The notes under the pieces were generated by a model. The model had not been told where the DNA came from. It saw nothing but the letters and a program-made list of their open reading frames with translations, and ran no database searches. Positions 1-13,757 of a stretch of 64,000 nt of DNA are shown here, piece by piece. A program made the position numbers and the translations under genes. Each line of letters starts with the position of its first letter. Position 1 is the first letter of the stretch. This DNA comes from Asterias rubens (lineage: Eukaryota), in contig NC_047068.1 in NCBI RefSeq assembly GCF_902459465.1, positions 16,306,001 to 16,370,000 of the forward strand, in the 5' to 3' direction.

Positions 1-3000
1 CATGGCAAAATTTTGTTGCTCCGCTTAGCACCAAAATCTGCGTTATTTGATTCTATAAGCGCAGAATTTTGTGGTACATGTAAGCAGGGCCATGGACTTG
101 GGCCATCATTTATGCTAGTCTTAACTGGGAACATAGGACGCTGCTGAAGGGTTTTTTGATCCGGGCATGACAACATTTTCTCCTCCACTAATGTGTATCA
201 TGTAGTAAAACGACCATCGTTTACAAAACATGAACTCTTATTATTAGTTGTTTGGTTCCACTGTTTGTACTCGGGCAAACTTTGCCAGCTGATTTCCTCT
301 TCTATTTTAGTGTCATAGTTGGCTAAAAAAACACTGTACAAATTTATCTGTGCATTTCCTCTTTTGTTTCTTTCAAAGACAAACAATAGTACTACCATAA
401 TATTGCATGCAAAGTTGCTTGTCTGATATTATAGTGGTTCAGGATCTATTTGTGCACATTGCCCCTCCCATGTCTTCCATGGTTAGAGGAAAATCTCCAC
501 TTAAAGTGATAGACATAGTAAAGATTTCCCCTCCTTTGGGGACTGGTTGGAGTGGCATAAATGAATAAGTAGCTCAATTAGTCATGCGTTTTTTATCGTA
601 AAGCTGAAAATGAGGTCAGAATATTTATTTATTTATTATTTAATTTATTTTGCTTTCTTTAAACTGCATGGTCTCAAAATAACTTGGTAACCATTTACTC
701 GATGCAAATTGTAAATAAAGGTCAACATCTTGCTGAGTGGAATTGCAAGGCACGCTAGTTTAACTCCCTTTTAAATTGAAGCAAATGTGATTTTAAAAAT
801 AATTGGAATCAAGTCCAAAGTCTGTGATGGCCTGGCCAGCAATCACAAGATCAATATCAACAACCCCTTATTGTCAAAGTTTAACTGCCTGTGGTTAAGT
901 CAACAGCATTCAAACTTTTATGGAGAGACATGTGAGACCAACACTCTGAAAGATAAAATAATCATTTGGCTGTTTTTTCCTTCTTTTCTTTATACAGACC
1001 GAACAGCAATTTTGTGAGAATAAAGTATCTTTGAAATAAAAAACGGGCCTGATGCTTCGATATTGCAAGGGCACTGGCCAAGGCATTTTCCTTTTTTGTT
1101 CAGTGTGCCTCTATGAGGAAAATGTAAATTTCTATTGATCATTTCAAGGGGCACCTTGGCAATGACCAAGGGCACTGAGGATATTGCTTCCATTGCTGCT
1201 GGAAGCTTCAGGCCTGGGCAAAGATTAAATAGACGGGAGTTATTCTGTTGTTTCTTTTTAAGTCAACAAACTGCTTGTGCAGTATATGCACATTGTACAA
1301 GTATCTAACCCCAGTCATGTCAGAGGCACCCTGTTGTGTATCGTGTACATGTACAACACAATCCTGCAGTTGGAAAGTGCTCTGGCTGCTGAATCCTTCA
1401 AAGTCCATTAGTGCTGAGAAAAGATTATTTTGTAAACTTGAAGTTAACACTGGAACGCAGGCCAGGGGCTAGTGACATTATTAGCGTCATACATGTACAT
1501 GTACCAGCAAACTCATGACCGGGCAACTCTGGGGGTCTTTTGAAGGGGCACCAAGTACAATGTAATATCTTGAATAAGATAATTCCATAGTTGACTTCAA
1601 GTCTGTTGTAAAATGTTGTCAATAAAATATCATATATATATATATGCATTTCAGGCATTTGTTTTGAAAAAATAATAACAACTTTGAGATCAAATTGATT
1701 CCATATAAGGCACCATACATTATGAAATGTAAAATACTGTTGCAGTTTTACTGGAATATTGAAACCAATGCCCCTTTGGAGTCGCTATTACCAGTAGGAT
1801 ATCCAAAATCATTGACAGCCAAGTACTCCACAGTATTAACTCTCTACAGGTGGAAAGGTCACCCGCTCAAATTTCCTGGTTGGGTTATTTTGGAGGGTGT
1901 GACGTCTGCCTACAATAAAAATACACACAGAAGACTATACTTAAATGGACACAATTTTGTGCACAAGACTCCTGATGGATTATGTTCCCATGACACCTAT
2001 GAAATCTGAGCTACATGTATTGTGTTCTGGCTATTAAAACCTGAATGCGGGTTTTCTAAACAGACAGGGGACAGCTTTGGTAAAAAGAAAATGGATTTGA
2101 ACTTCTGCAATATTAAAGTACGATGCACAAATCACACAATCATGAAAAATTTAACCAGAGTTTAAGGAAAATGATTTCTCAGAAGACTGGAAATGGATAA
2201 ACAAAACTCATGAGAAATGTAAGAAACTTAAACACAATACAGTTATTCAATTTGTTGGATATTATGTCAGTATTGTCCTTACCCCCCCCCCCCCCCCCCC
2301 CCTTCTCAATGGTGCATTCTCCCTATCAGCTAATAGATTAAACAACGCAGTGCAGGTTCTGGATATTTATTTTGTGAAAGGGGCGTGGCATACGAGCCAT
2401 GGAGATAGCACAAGCAATGTATTCCCAGGTTCTGTTTGTCTACCAATATTTTATGTCAACAGAACTCTGTACACAATGTACTTTTCTCTTTTCATTTGGC
2501 AGGGGCTCTGATAATAAGAGTTAAAGTTGTGCATGGATGTGTGATTGTGAACATTAAAAGTAATTGTTAGTGGAGGTTTTACATTTTTAGTTAGTTTTTG
2601 TTTATATAGTCGTTGAAATAAAACTAAAAAATTTTTCAATCTCTTTGAATGATTAGATTAGTGACATGAAATATTTTGTTGTTGTGACAAGATCATTGGT
2701 TAGTGCACTACTTGCAGGGAAAAGGAAGTTTCAGACTTTGATCTGACTTCAGACTTTTTAAATCTGCATGTTTGAAGAACAGCAACTCTTATTTTTTCCA
2801 TGTAAAGAAATTCTGTTCTTTGATCTACTTCTCTAGTGCTGGGGACATTGTTCTCAAAAGCTCTGTGAAATCTAAGTCTAAGAGCAAGCTCGAGTGTGCA
2901 CTTTTTAATCGACCGGTGATTGACCACTGACTAGCAACGTACATCATGCGCAGTGACAGACTCATTAGACATGACTCGTTTGGAAGTCTAGTCAACTGTT

Positions 3001-5458
3001 GGTACGGTGTTCAACACTTCCATTGCCGTCCACATTTTCGCTATAGTGTCATTGGTTCCCTTCTGCGCTTTACACATGTTAGCAAGGAACAGGCTAACGG
3101 GACCATGGAAGAAACCATGTTACCGAGGCTGGTTCCAAATGGTCGACCAAAATAGTCAACCAGCCTCTGTTCAAGTCAAAATAATTAACCTTTAGTTAAT
3201 AATGGCGTGCATTTGAACTTGCTCCTAGGAGTTACTAAAAGTTGGAAATGCCACTATTTCAGCCTACTTCCTAAAAATCTGCATCTCAGTTTCAGACTTA
3301 TTTGTAAACGAGGACTCTCATTCCTGATTTATTGCAAAATGTTACTCAATCTTTTCTTCCGTTTCTCGTTTGTATCTTTACAGAACCACGATGCATGCAT
3401 GTAGTGTGAGCCACATGAGAGTCACATTACAATCACAGCTGCAGGTCTACTACTATTAAAACAAAAACGAAAAAGAAGAAGGTAAGGTTCAGATTAGAGG
3501 AAGAAAAACAAACATGTTGCAGCCATCTTCGTTTTTGATAAAAGATTAGTCAGAATTGTTTCCAAGTGGTGCAGCTGGCTAGCTCAGTGTTTGAAACCAT
3601 CTCTATTTTATTTGAACGGTGACTGGTGAAAAGTTGACTGACTGGTGAAATAACAAGCTTACTGGTCCTGCTGCTAGGCGAGTAACTACAAAAGTGTATG
3701 TCAAACCCTGAGAGGGCCCCAATATTTTCTCTTCCTGACTTTTGATTTGTTTAAAACGAGCAACAGTCGGCTATGGCTGCCACACAAATACTGAAGGCCG
3801 TACATGTACTTGTAGCTATTGCCAATGTCATTACTTCGGACAAGGCCATGGCAACGAATATGGCACCACCATAAGACCACCGCCTGATGCGTGGGTTTTC
3901 ATCTGTTAGGGGGGCAGGGCATGTTTTAATTTGCAAAGTCTGCTTCAATTTGACAATCTTGAAGGCTACATGTACATGGGAATATTTTGAAGGGACGTTT
4001 AACCAGGGCTATGGCCTCTGTATATTATAACATCACCTACGTGTGCATGTAAAAGCCACAAACTGTTTTTATCATACATTATTATGGGATGTCTTTCCCT
4101 TTCCTGATCATATGTATTTACTTTGCAAATTTTATCTGCACTAGGCACATTATTGTGTGCTGAGGAAGCATTATCAAATAGGACATTATCAAATAGGACC
4201 CTGGACTGGACACAACTTCATAAAGCTGTTCAGCCTCTAAAAATGCTCAGCAAAGAAGAATCTTGCTTAGCAGAATTTGGTTATCAGCCAAAGTATGTAG
4301 GCCTGCAGCACTTTGTTTTTTTTTCACTGGTTCCCTGTTTTGTTGGCACAGCAGATTGAAGCCAAGCACTCATTTGGACTAATCAGCTTGATGAATTTGA
4401 GCCGATAAGAGTACTGTTATGGTTGCACTATGTACAAGTAACAAGCATTTTTATCAGGGTAGCTGCTTTAAATGTTAACCAAACAAAGATGGCTACTTCA
4501 GTCTCTGCAGAGCTGTTATTCTGCCTAGGAAAATGGAATGTCAGTGACAATGCCCTGAAAAAAAAAATAGGAACTGTTTTCTCTGACAATACATGTACAT
4601 GTAGTCCTTCTTCTGCTGAAAGTTCTGAAACTGTTTTTGTGTAAATAGTCTGATTGTTGATACTGAGTAATTGGCTAGGGAACAGGGTAGCCTTGACATG
4701 TCCTACAGTGGGAGAGATTGGGTCTCACAAACAAAAAGTGATATTTTTTTACCTGGGCGGATCCTGCTAGGAGTAACACCTCTTAAATCAACAGAAGTCT
4801 GCTTTTTCGCTCCACTGGGTAAATCTTGCATTGTGAAGATGGTGCAAAGTAGCCAGGGGATGGGAAGTGCATACCTTTACTGGAATTTAGAAACATTTTC
4901 ACTGTGCCACACACGCACTAAAATAAGGCGCTCTGTTGATTGATATTATATGCAATGCTGGACATTTTATTGACAATGAATTGGGAAAACAAATCACAAA
5001 TTATGGAAGTTCAACCCAATTTAGGTTCGCAAAAAAGAAAGCATTTGAGTTGAAAATACATATGTACATGTAGCTATGGGGAACTGAGGGTAGGAGTTTA
5101 TACATGTATTCCTCTTAAAACAGCCTACAATGTACATGTAGTATAAGGAAACGTGCACCAGGCAAGGCGTTACAAAGAGATGCAGTACTTGGGGGGGGGG
5201 GGGTAGTTGAAATAGCTGTTTGTTCTACATCTCATTAAAGCCAGAGTGTATAGGGGAGAACATATATTGTGTATTACAGAAAGCCTGGTTCCATTTCTTA
5301 AACGCCCTGAAATAGAAAATATGTTCAAGGCTGTTCATATACAATTTGACATCATTCCACTTGTACTTCCCCACTCCTCCCTTACAGCATGCAGGAATTC
5401 CTAATTTCAGCTAAAATGACATTATGAACCTTTTAGCAGCATCGTGCTGAACAATGAG

Positions 5459-5508
5459 ATGTTTGAATTCCCAATGCCCCTTGATGTTTGAATTCCCAAT
5501 GCCCCTTG
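5459..5508. repeat. Perfect 25-bp tandem duplication
   Basis: ATGTTTGAATTCCCAATGCCCCTTG x2. Confidence 0.95.
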
Positions 5509-5702
5509 ACTGTTGTGTGCAGAGTATTACTCAACCTCTGTATCACAAGTCTCATTGGTTTACTTTCATGTTGATGTGAGATAGTGGATATTTGGGTTAA
5601 TATTGGTTCTGATTCTGACTGCAAGACTGCATGTGTAGGCCTTTAATTTTTTTTTTTAAATGGGTGCTATTCTTTTTCAACTTTTTGTCTCTCTAGTTTT
5701 TA

Positions 5703-5900
5703 CAATAGACCGATCCATTAGGCTCCGCCCACGACGCATGTGCGAGCAAGAACACGTGAGCCTCTCCAATGCCTTTCTGCACAACTCTGCCGCGCGGGCC
5801 AAGCATACGCGCACGCATGTCGGACCTTATTTGTCGGACCTTCGTTGGGTTGTGATTGGTAAATACGCAATGGGGCGGAGCTTAATGGATCGGTCTATTG
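5703..5900. mobile_element. TIR MITE (ATAGACC termini), superfamily unassigned
   Basis: 28-bp TIR CAATAGACCGATCCATTAGGCTCCGCCC / GGGCGGAGCTTAATGGATCGGTCTATTG, 1 mismatch. Confidence 0.8.
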
Positions 5901-7674
5901 TTAACAATATGTTCAAGATTAAAGATTCAAATTTTATTTAACTATGAGCATTTTCTTCCTGTATGTGATAAGTGGAGTTTATAGACACATTGAAAATAAG
6001 TAAACATGAACTCTAATAAACATTTAAAACACAAATAAAATACAAGAAGAGTCGCTAACAAATATTTTAAAACCCCCCACAAAAACACACTAAGGGGATA
6101 TGATGGCAATTTGAAGGGATGGGAGTAGGCAGTGTGGAGCAGAGGGTGAGGGTGGGATGAAGTGCAGGAAGGGGTAGATATGAAAAATATACAAACCATA
6201 ATTACTAAAACTTTGATTAAAACTTGAAGTTTTCTAAATGTACATGTACATGTATGTTGCCAGGGGTTTGGGTTGTGGATGTGTTTTTTGTTTAAACCTC
6301 CAAAATTAGTTACTTCCTGTTTTATTAGAACCAACCTACATAAATGTAACCTTCTTTAGGAGGAACCTGTCAAGGCCAGTCTTCTTTATAAAAAGTTGGA
6401 ACATAACAAGCTTCTGGATGGTTTCAATACTTGGTTCAAATCAATGAGGACAGGGTGTGTCGCCCCCCCCCCCCCCCCCCCCCCCCAACACAAGCTGTCA
6501 TAATTGAATAGAAGGTTCATGTACCCACAAGTAACATGTGTACATCATGATATTTCATGACAGGTGTCTGTAATGTTCAGAATTGCCATTTGTATCACAT
6601 TGCTCGGAATCATCATATCAAGGCCTCTGACAATGTGCAAGTATTACTGCTCCCCTCCCCCCTTTCCATTTACACATTACAGTGGAAAGCAACACTTCAT
6701 GTGTGTCCCTAGCCTTCGGATTCGTAAATCATCACTGCCCTGAAGCAGCCATTCACCCATGTTATTATCCAAGGATATCGGACGCTTCAACACACCCGTC
6801 ATCGCCTGGTCCTCGTTTATCAGCCAATCTTCTTCACATCCATATGCCTCTGACATTTCACAGATCCAATCCCCCCCCCCTCATTACTTATATTTAAAAC
6901 AACGGCTGCATGCTATGGAATTACCTTCACTGGCTGGGATCGTGGTTAAGTCTTGCATTTTATGAAGAAGGCAATTCGATATATTGATAAAAAGGGTCAC
7001 TAGGTGTGTTTTGTCAGCAGCCGGTTGGGTCTTTGGCCAGCTTGTTTGGCCCGTATTGACTTAACAATCCTTTCCCTGATTTGATAAAGTGGCTGTGTTT
7101 TGGACAGATTTTTCAGTAGTGAGAGAAGCACCAGTATGTTTTGGTATTTTTTTTCCCCTTTGAATCACAAGAGAAATTTTTCAGTGAGACGTGCCATATA
7201 TTGATTGATGTAAGTGTGGGAAATTGTGAATTTTTTTCAGAAGATCACACTAGTTTTTTTTTTTAAATGAGTTTTTTTGTTTTGTTTTTATATATTGAAG
7301 GAAGAAATTATCAGTGAGACTCGGAGAGTATTGATAGGCCAAGTGTAGGAGGTTGTGTTAGGATGTGTTAACGAACTCCTAGACCAGAGAGCTTTCATTC
7401 TAATTGGCTGATAAATGTGCACTGGCCTGGAACTTCGTCTGTAACAGCGCAGCGGCATTTTTAATTGTTCAAAGGGAACTTCTGATTGGAAATTCTTTAT
7501 TTCTAAGTTTTTTTGAGTATTTTTGAGGAAACTTTTTAACAGGTTGGCATAACTAGGGGCCTGGGGGCAGGTGCTAAAAAATGTTACCACTTTGACCGCA
7601 CTTAACTATAAGGCCAGGATCAGTGGGGCAATAAGGACATCCCTAATTTAAATTCAAGCCTTGTTTTGTTTTAA

Positions 7675-8855
7675 AGTCACCTGGAAGTGGTATTTTTTTA
7701 AAATAAAGCTGTTGTCACTAAAATATGTGTTTTTACGAGAGGATTGTGAATAAAAAGTTAACTAAGGTTTAAAAATATTAGTTTTGATTGTATTTCCAAA
7801 TTTACGAGTAGGCCCCGACCCAAGAGGGCGCTGTTCGTGACGTAATTCAAGGCGCGATATTTGAAGAGGAAATTTGTAGTCGGGCCCCCGAACATGGCAC
7901 ATCAAAACAAATTTAGACACGATTTTACACACATACGTACATTGAAACTTGAACATGTTGAACGCCTAGTGGTTTTTACAAAAGCTATTGCTGCTATTTT
8001 TATTTAACTATGCGACTTTTTAGTGACCAAATGGGTTGTAAGATGTGGGTCTGCCTACGTATTATTATAGAAATACGGCCACGGAGCAGACTGCACGCAC
8101 GCACTATGGCTGCTGTATAATGTGCGGACGGTCACATAGGACCTGCACTCACGGTGAATCGCATGCGGTACCAACAAAAAATTGTGTCACTTGGCAAAAG
8201 CTAAAAACATACCCTCAAAGTTCAAACTTACCCGATTTTTTTCACGTTTAGCAAATGCTCCTCTGGGTTCGTCACGTCTTTCAGATACCTTCTTCGATTT
8301 CCCACTAGCTGGAAAAATTGTTGGGACGGCGTCATGTTTAAGAATGGCTCTTCTCGTCATGTCAAATGAGTGGTGTATCTTGGATTCGAAGCACGACGGC
8401 TCGAAGTGTTCGCTGCATAGCGCTGAAAAAGATGTCGGACCGGACCACTTTGCTCCAGTTAATCTGACTTTCGCAGCCCACAACCGCCTATACTTGGGAT
8501 CTGCAGGAAATAGATGAAGACTGACCCCATCTTTAGTTGATTTGCTGCATCCAGCAGCAATACACCTGGTCGGCATTGCCGGAAAAATGCCAGAAAAAAA
8601 AAAAACCTTTTTCGCAGCGTACAAACTCACGTCTTAGAATTACATGTACTTTTGCACGTGTGTTTATCTACGCATCGAGGCAAAGTCTTCCTTTTCCTAC
8701 GTCACAAAAGGGGTAGGCGGAGTTAACCCCCCAAGCACTTAGGTATTTTTTTTAACATATAAATCGTGACAAACAATTACTCAAAAAATTGTTTTATTGT
8801 TAATAAACATATACTCTTATGTTTAAAAGAAAAAAAATCCTATTTCCAGGTGCCT
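7675..8855 (-). mobile_element. Kolobok-type DNA transposon, internally deleted, carrying a THAP exon
   Basis: TTAA at 7671-7674 and 8856-8859. AG...CT termini with imperfect 25-bp TIR (AGTCACCTGGAAGTGGTATTTTTTT vs reverse complement AGGCACCTGGAAATAGGATTTTTTT). TTAA TSD, RR..YY ends and THAP are typical of Kolobok. Confidence 0.8.
8187..8576 (-). CDS. THAP zinc-finger domain protein (129 aa unspliced; transposase first exon 8576..8232 if spliced)
   Basis: MPTRCIAAGC...LHLFP...W...CSEHF...AVPTIF is a complete C2CH THAP signature. Perfect donor CGG|gtaagt at 8232/8231; in-frame TGA at 8189-8187. Confidence 0.85.
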   Translation of the reverse strand: MPTRCIAAGCSKSTKDGVSLHLFPADPKYRRLWAAKVRLTGAKWSGPTSFSALCSEHFEPSCFESKIHHSFDMTRRAILKHDAVPTIFPASGKSKKVSERRDEPRGAFAKREKNRVSLNFEGMFLAFAK

Positions 8856-9728
8856 TTAAGCCTTGTAACAGTTGGCAATTGGGCCCATCAGCCAGTTTTG
8901 AAAATGTAATCAAAATCAGTTATTACTATCAGCGTACAAAGATCACTTTCATAATATCATTAAACAGACAACATTAACAGACAAAATATACCCCGGAAAA
9001 TAAACAACTCAATCAAATTAGAGATAATTGTTGTCGAGAGACAGACATATAATACACAGGTCTGTAATTGATATTTTCAAAAGTGTTATCTCTTGGTTTA
9101 AGAGTAAAGTAGGAAATAAGCGATTTGATTGTTGAATAATATAGTTGAACAAATTCAATGCCATTTACACTGTTCACCCTTGTCGATGTAAATACTGGGA
9201 GTACGAAGCTTGCGCCCAATTTATACAGCATGCATTGAGTGTACATTATACAGTTCTGATGTGATTTACATGTATGAATTCTTGACACGCAATTACCATT
9301 ATATGAATTCAAATCACCTGTCGCCATCGAACGATAAATCCAAGTATTATTTTGGTAGTTTATTTGATTGTGTGCTCTATCCTTAGCACATTGTACATAC
9401 ATGTACATTGTACGTACATTGTAGGTTAATCACCTGCTTTAAAGGGCGCTGTAAGCTCAGAATTATGTGGTAAACTGAGCCATGATATTTGGCCCATACT
9501 TTACATACACTGTACATTGTAGAAAATTCACCAAATGGCAGACCATACTGTACACACGCAGACACAGTATCCACATAGCATCCCCAGTGGGCAATGCATC
9601 ATAAATTATTTCATCTCTGACACAATTTTGTATTTATTGTTTTATATTTTTTTCCTGCTGTAAATCTGGTGAATAACACAAGTGGCAGCTAAACGAACAT
9701 TGACGTGGCACTCCTTCATTTCTGAATA

Positions 9729-9955
9729 GTAGGGAATATCAGTGCGAAACCTTCGTGTACATGTACCTGTAGGAACATATGGATTCTTTTTTTCTGTATT
9801 CGAATAGAACCCGCCACGATATGGCGTTTACGTTGTGGATACTGCAGGTTCCTGCAACGAGATTGGTAGGGAATATCAGCAGAGACCTACAGGCACATAG
9901 TATGGATTTTTTTTTTCTGTATACAAATAGAACCCACCCTGATATGGCGTTGACT
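9729..9955. repeat. Diverged two-copy direct repeat
   Basis: TAGGGAATATCAG...TATGGATTxTTTTTTCTGTATxCxAATAGAACCC..GATATGGCGTT occurs twice. Confidence 0.7.
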
Positions 9956-10881
9956 TTGAGGGGATTACACTGCAGGTTCAAGTAAGGAAAGCTACGGCAG
10001 GATTGTACACGTTCCAATCCTGCCGTGTGAGTCACACAACGCGCCTTTAACAAGCGGGCTTTGCAGCTGATAAGACATTTCCCCTGTAGGATTTACACTG
10101 CATCCTGTTACTTTCTTGTTTTGTGATGGTGGACTCAAAACAGTTTTTTTGTCAGATAGCATTAGCTTGCCTTTTAAAGGGGAAAGTGACGCATTAAGGT
10201 TATTTTTTAAATTAAAATTATTACTATTTTTTTGTTTACAACCTCTGCATTTAGTTCTTATCTTGACAGATGCAAGATGCCGTAGAAAATGTCTGCAATT
10301 TTACCATAAATTTTCATTTAATCAGACCCTTTGGCATCAATTTGGAGTCTATTTCACTCATACTTACATATGTAGAGCACAATATTATTTTTGCATAATT
10401 CCCTATACCGGCAGGTAATATTGCTAAGAATTATATAGCATACAGGCACATGTTAGACCACCAAAAGGCAGCCACTAACTGATTAAAAAAAAATATTAAA
10501 ATATTTTTCATATCAATTCTGTTAATGCTGAAACCAGTTCTTCAAACGGTTTGTCTACACCACTTCTTCAATAGCACAGTCTTAAGACCCCTGTTCTCTT
10601 CAGAATAATGCCACTATGGCTATATGACTGTTGGGTGGCAAAGTAAGATGCACTAGGCATTTGCAGTGATGTACACTGTAGCCATAGCCAATTGAAGACA
10701 TCAAGTCAAATGTCTTACTAAGGTAATGTCCAATGTATGTATGTTGCATCTATGGCTATTAGCTGCAGAGGTTCATTTTGAAGAAGCTCCCCATTTGTAC
10801 TGATCCAGAAATCCCAAGAGCTGAATCACTCAATTGAGACACTACCTTATTACAATTGTTTTCCTCCTTCAATCTTGTTAA

Positions 10882-11247
10882 AGCCATTGGACACTTCCGG
10901 TAAACAATATTGTCAAAGGCTCACACTTCGTGTACCACAACTTATATATAAAATAACAAACCTGTGGAAATTTAGGCTCAATCGGTCATTGGAATCGGGA
11001 GAAAATAACGGGAAAACCCACCCTTGTTTCCCCACGTTTCGCCGTGTCATGACATGTGTTTGAAATAAATCCGTAACTCTCGCTATCGAGAATTGATATT
11101 GTTTTAATGTTTTCTCAAAAAGTAAAGCATTTCATGGAATAATATTTCAAGATAATTCTTTCACCATTACCTTCTGTAAACCCTGTAAACTATTTGTAAA
11201 TCTGTGAACTTTTAATTTTTGGTCTGTACCGAAAGTGTATAGTGGCT
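10882..11247. mobile_element. Kolobok-type MITE (AGCCATTGGACAC family)
   Basis: TTAA on both sides; imperfect TIR AGCCATTGGACACTTCCGGTA / TACCGAAAGTGTATAGTGGCT; interior similar to the AGGCAGTGGACAC family. Confidence 0.75.
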
Positions 11248-13420
11248 TTAACCAAGATCTACCTCCCCTTTAACCCTCAAATAGGTTAATCTAATCCCTG
11301 CGCTGCAGTGATGCTCTTACAGCCCGGCCATGGCGCGGCGACGCTGATGGTGCAGGCTAGTGTAGCGTTTGTGTTGACATTGGGTCACAAGCAGCATTTC
11401 ACTCTTTAAAGCTAATAATGTGTTTCAGCTGTTCTTTGATTTGGTTGAGCAGATCATGTTTTATTCAAAAGCTGGCGACAAATTTAGGTTTCTTTCCCCA
11501 CCTTGCCCCTTTTTTTATATCACAGTTGCAGACATGTGTCGCACTCGCCACCATACTGAACAAGGAATGTAGTGAAAGCTGTGAACCTGGCCTTGTGGTT
11601 ATGATGATGAAAGGGAAGTGCCCTTTAGTCAGGAAAACAGGCAGGGTCTCATTTGGAATGAGTTTTCAGGCTGTGTGTTTATATGTCAAGCAAAAACAGG
11701 TCTCTGGAACTCTTATTTAGGAATGACATTATAATGTCGCTCTATGGTAATATAGTGTACAGTGTATTTTGGCTGGTAAAATTATTCTGGGAGGCATAGT
11801 TTTGATATGCTTAACTTCTGGTAAATCATAGCCGTTAACAGAGTTAATTTTCCAAACTAAATGTGGCTGCATGAAGGTCTAAATGTTCAAAGTAATTGAT
11901 CCTGATGATGTCAAAGATCATTACATTGAATTGATTCAGAATATTTTTGTTATTTATTTAATGGAAGCACGTTGAATATGTCTTTATTCCTGTCATTTTG
12001 AGAGAGTGATATTCTTTTTTTCGTTGCTGAGAAATGTAATAATATGAAAATAACTGACATCTTCTAGAACAGAGTTGTTTGTTTTAAAGTGATGATTCTT
12101 TGCCTCTCTTATTAAATCCATTTTTTTTTCAATCAGTCCTATCTCTCACCAATCTGTGTGTTCTCTACGGTATGGTGTACCTTGACAGTCAATGGCACAT
12201 CAACAGAGGGCCTCCATTGTTATTTACACTGATAGTCTGTGTCCACAGGCAGGGCAAACAAATCTCTCACTGCATATGTATCCAGGTCACCACAATGTGT
12301 GCAAGTTCAGACTTGTTGAACACACCCCAGCGCATTTAAGCGTCCAACACCTACACAAAAATTGCAAGCAGGAATTACTGCACAGTCTGTTTGTTGAAAT
12401 TTAATAGGTTTTTTTTATGAGTGCTTTTATTTTACAATTTTTTCTGCACACTTGTGCTTGTCCATGTCTGAGTACTACATACATGTATGTCAAGAGGGTC
12501 CTGAAGATTTTGCTGGTTTTTTTCTCACTTGTCTTTCTTTTTACGAGGCAATTAGTTCTTGTAAAGTTGAGTGCATTCTCTGCAGCTGGATGTCAATTGC
12601 TCTGATGATTAATAATAATAAGTATCATATGATATTGTTGTTATAACAGCACTTATAAAGTGCCTGTATATATCCGATAAATTGCTTGAATGCACTGCAC
12701 ACAAACAAGCAAGAACACATACATTATTAAAAGCTAAACATGGTTAAAAAAAAAGAACATGACAAGAGCAAGCTAGTCGAAACGTTAGACAGCCCTTTTC
12801 AGGACTGAGAAGTCTCCCGAAATCCAAAAATCTACCCCGCGGTAGTAGAATATAATGTTATAAAATGTAGCAAGACAGTTCTATGAACAATAAAATCTAC
12901 CTGGCAAGTACAAACATTATAGACACACACATGGTGTTACCCCAAACCCCAAACCAAATGTGTATAAGAACAGATTTCGTTTGATCTGGGATATCAATTA
13001 TGAGAAGTTGGTATCGTGACAAGAGATCATGAAACTCAACTCAACACATTGGTTACCTGTCACAGAGGTACACTTATTCTCCATTTCAAAGCACTTTACC
13101 TAGTCACGCGTATTTGGAGTAAGACTTGATTTGTTTAGCTAGGACGTCCGTCAGAGTTGCAAAGTGCGTTCTGTGATAATATGGGGTGTTGTTGTTACAG
13201 TCTTGCATGACACCGTTTCTCTGTTGAAGGATATCATTGCTTAAATGGTATTTACACAAAAATAGAAGGGCCGTGTGTGCTTGCTGGGCATGAACCCTTC
13301 TGCAACATGTATGTGGTTTCATTTATGCATTGGATTATTTATTTAGCGGCTAGTGTAATATTGTTAGGGTTGGCTTTATGAAGGATTGTGAAACATTGTG
13401 ACCTCTTTGTGTTTATGAAT

Positions 13421-13658
13421 TGAGTCAATTTATGTGAGCATACATCAAAACTAAGTAGAACTTCCACATTTTCTTAAACTTGAAAAGGATTCTGCGCTAA
13501 ATAGTCTTTTAATTTTTTTTTCTTCTGTGGTTTACTCAAACTACTTCTGTGTATGGATATGATGAGAACAAATTGTGTTTACAGAGAGTCAATGTATGTG
13601 AGCACACATCAAAAGTAAATAGAACTTCAAGGTTTTCTAACAACTTGAAAAGGATTTG
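13421..13658. repeat. Diverged ~75-bp direct repeat, period about 163 bp
   Basis: GAGTCAATxTATGTGAGCAxACATCAAAA..TAGAACTTC..AACTTGAAAAGGATT x2. Confidence 0.75.
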
Positions 13659-13757
13659 CTAACTACATGATTGGTCTTTTGAATAATTGGTCTAGGCACT
13701 TTTTGTAGTACAACAAACACAGTGTGCACAGATTTACACTAAACTTACACAGTTTAA

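Noticed and set aside
3751-3948. Hydrophobic minus-strand ORF with an acceptor at 3902, as a terminal exon or partner of the THAP donor
   Set aside because: The hydrophobic frame needs phase 1 but the THAP donor is phase 0; no other exons or family motif found.
2282-6486. Poly-C tracts (2282-2302, 6462-6486) as regulatory G4 elements
   Set aside because: Such homopolymers recur throughout the window and look like generic genome background.
12758-12788. Penelope-type hammerhead ribozyme (…GCAAGCTAGTCGAAACGT)
   Set aside because: Only the 3' half is present; the CTGANGA core and the 5' arm of stem II are lost, so it is at most a dead remnant.
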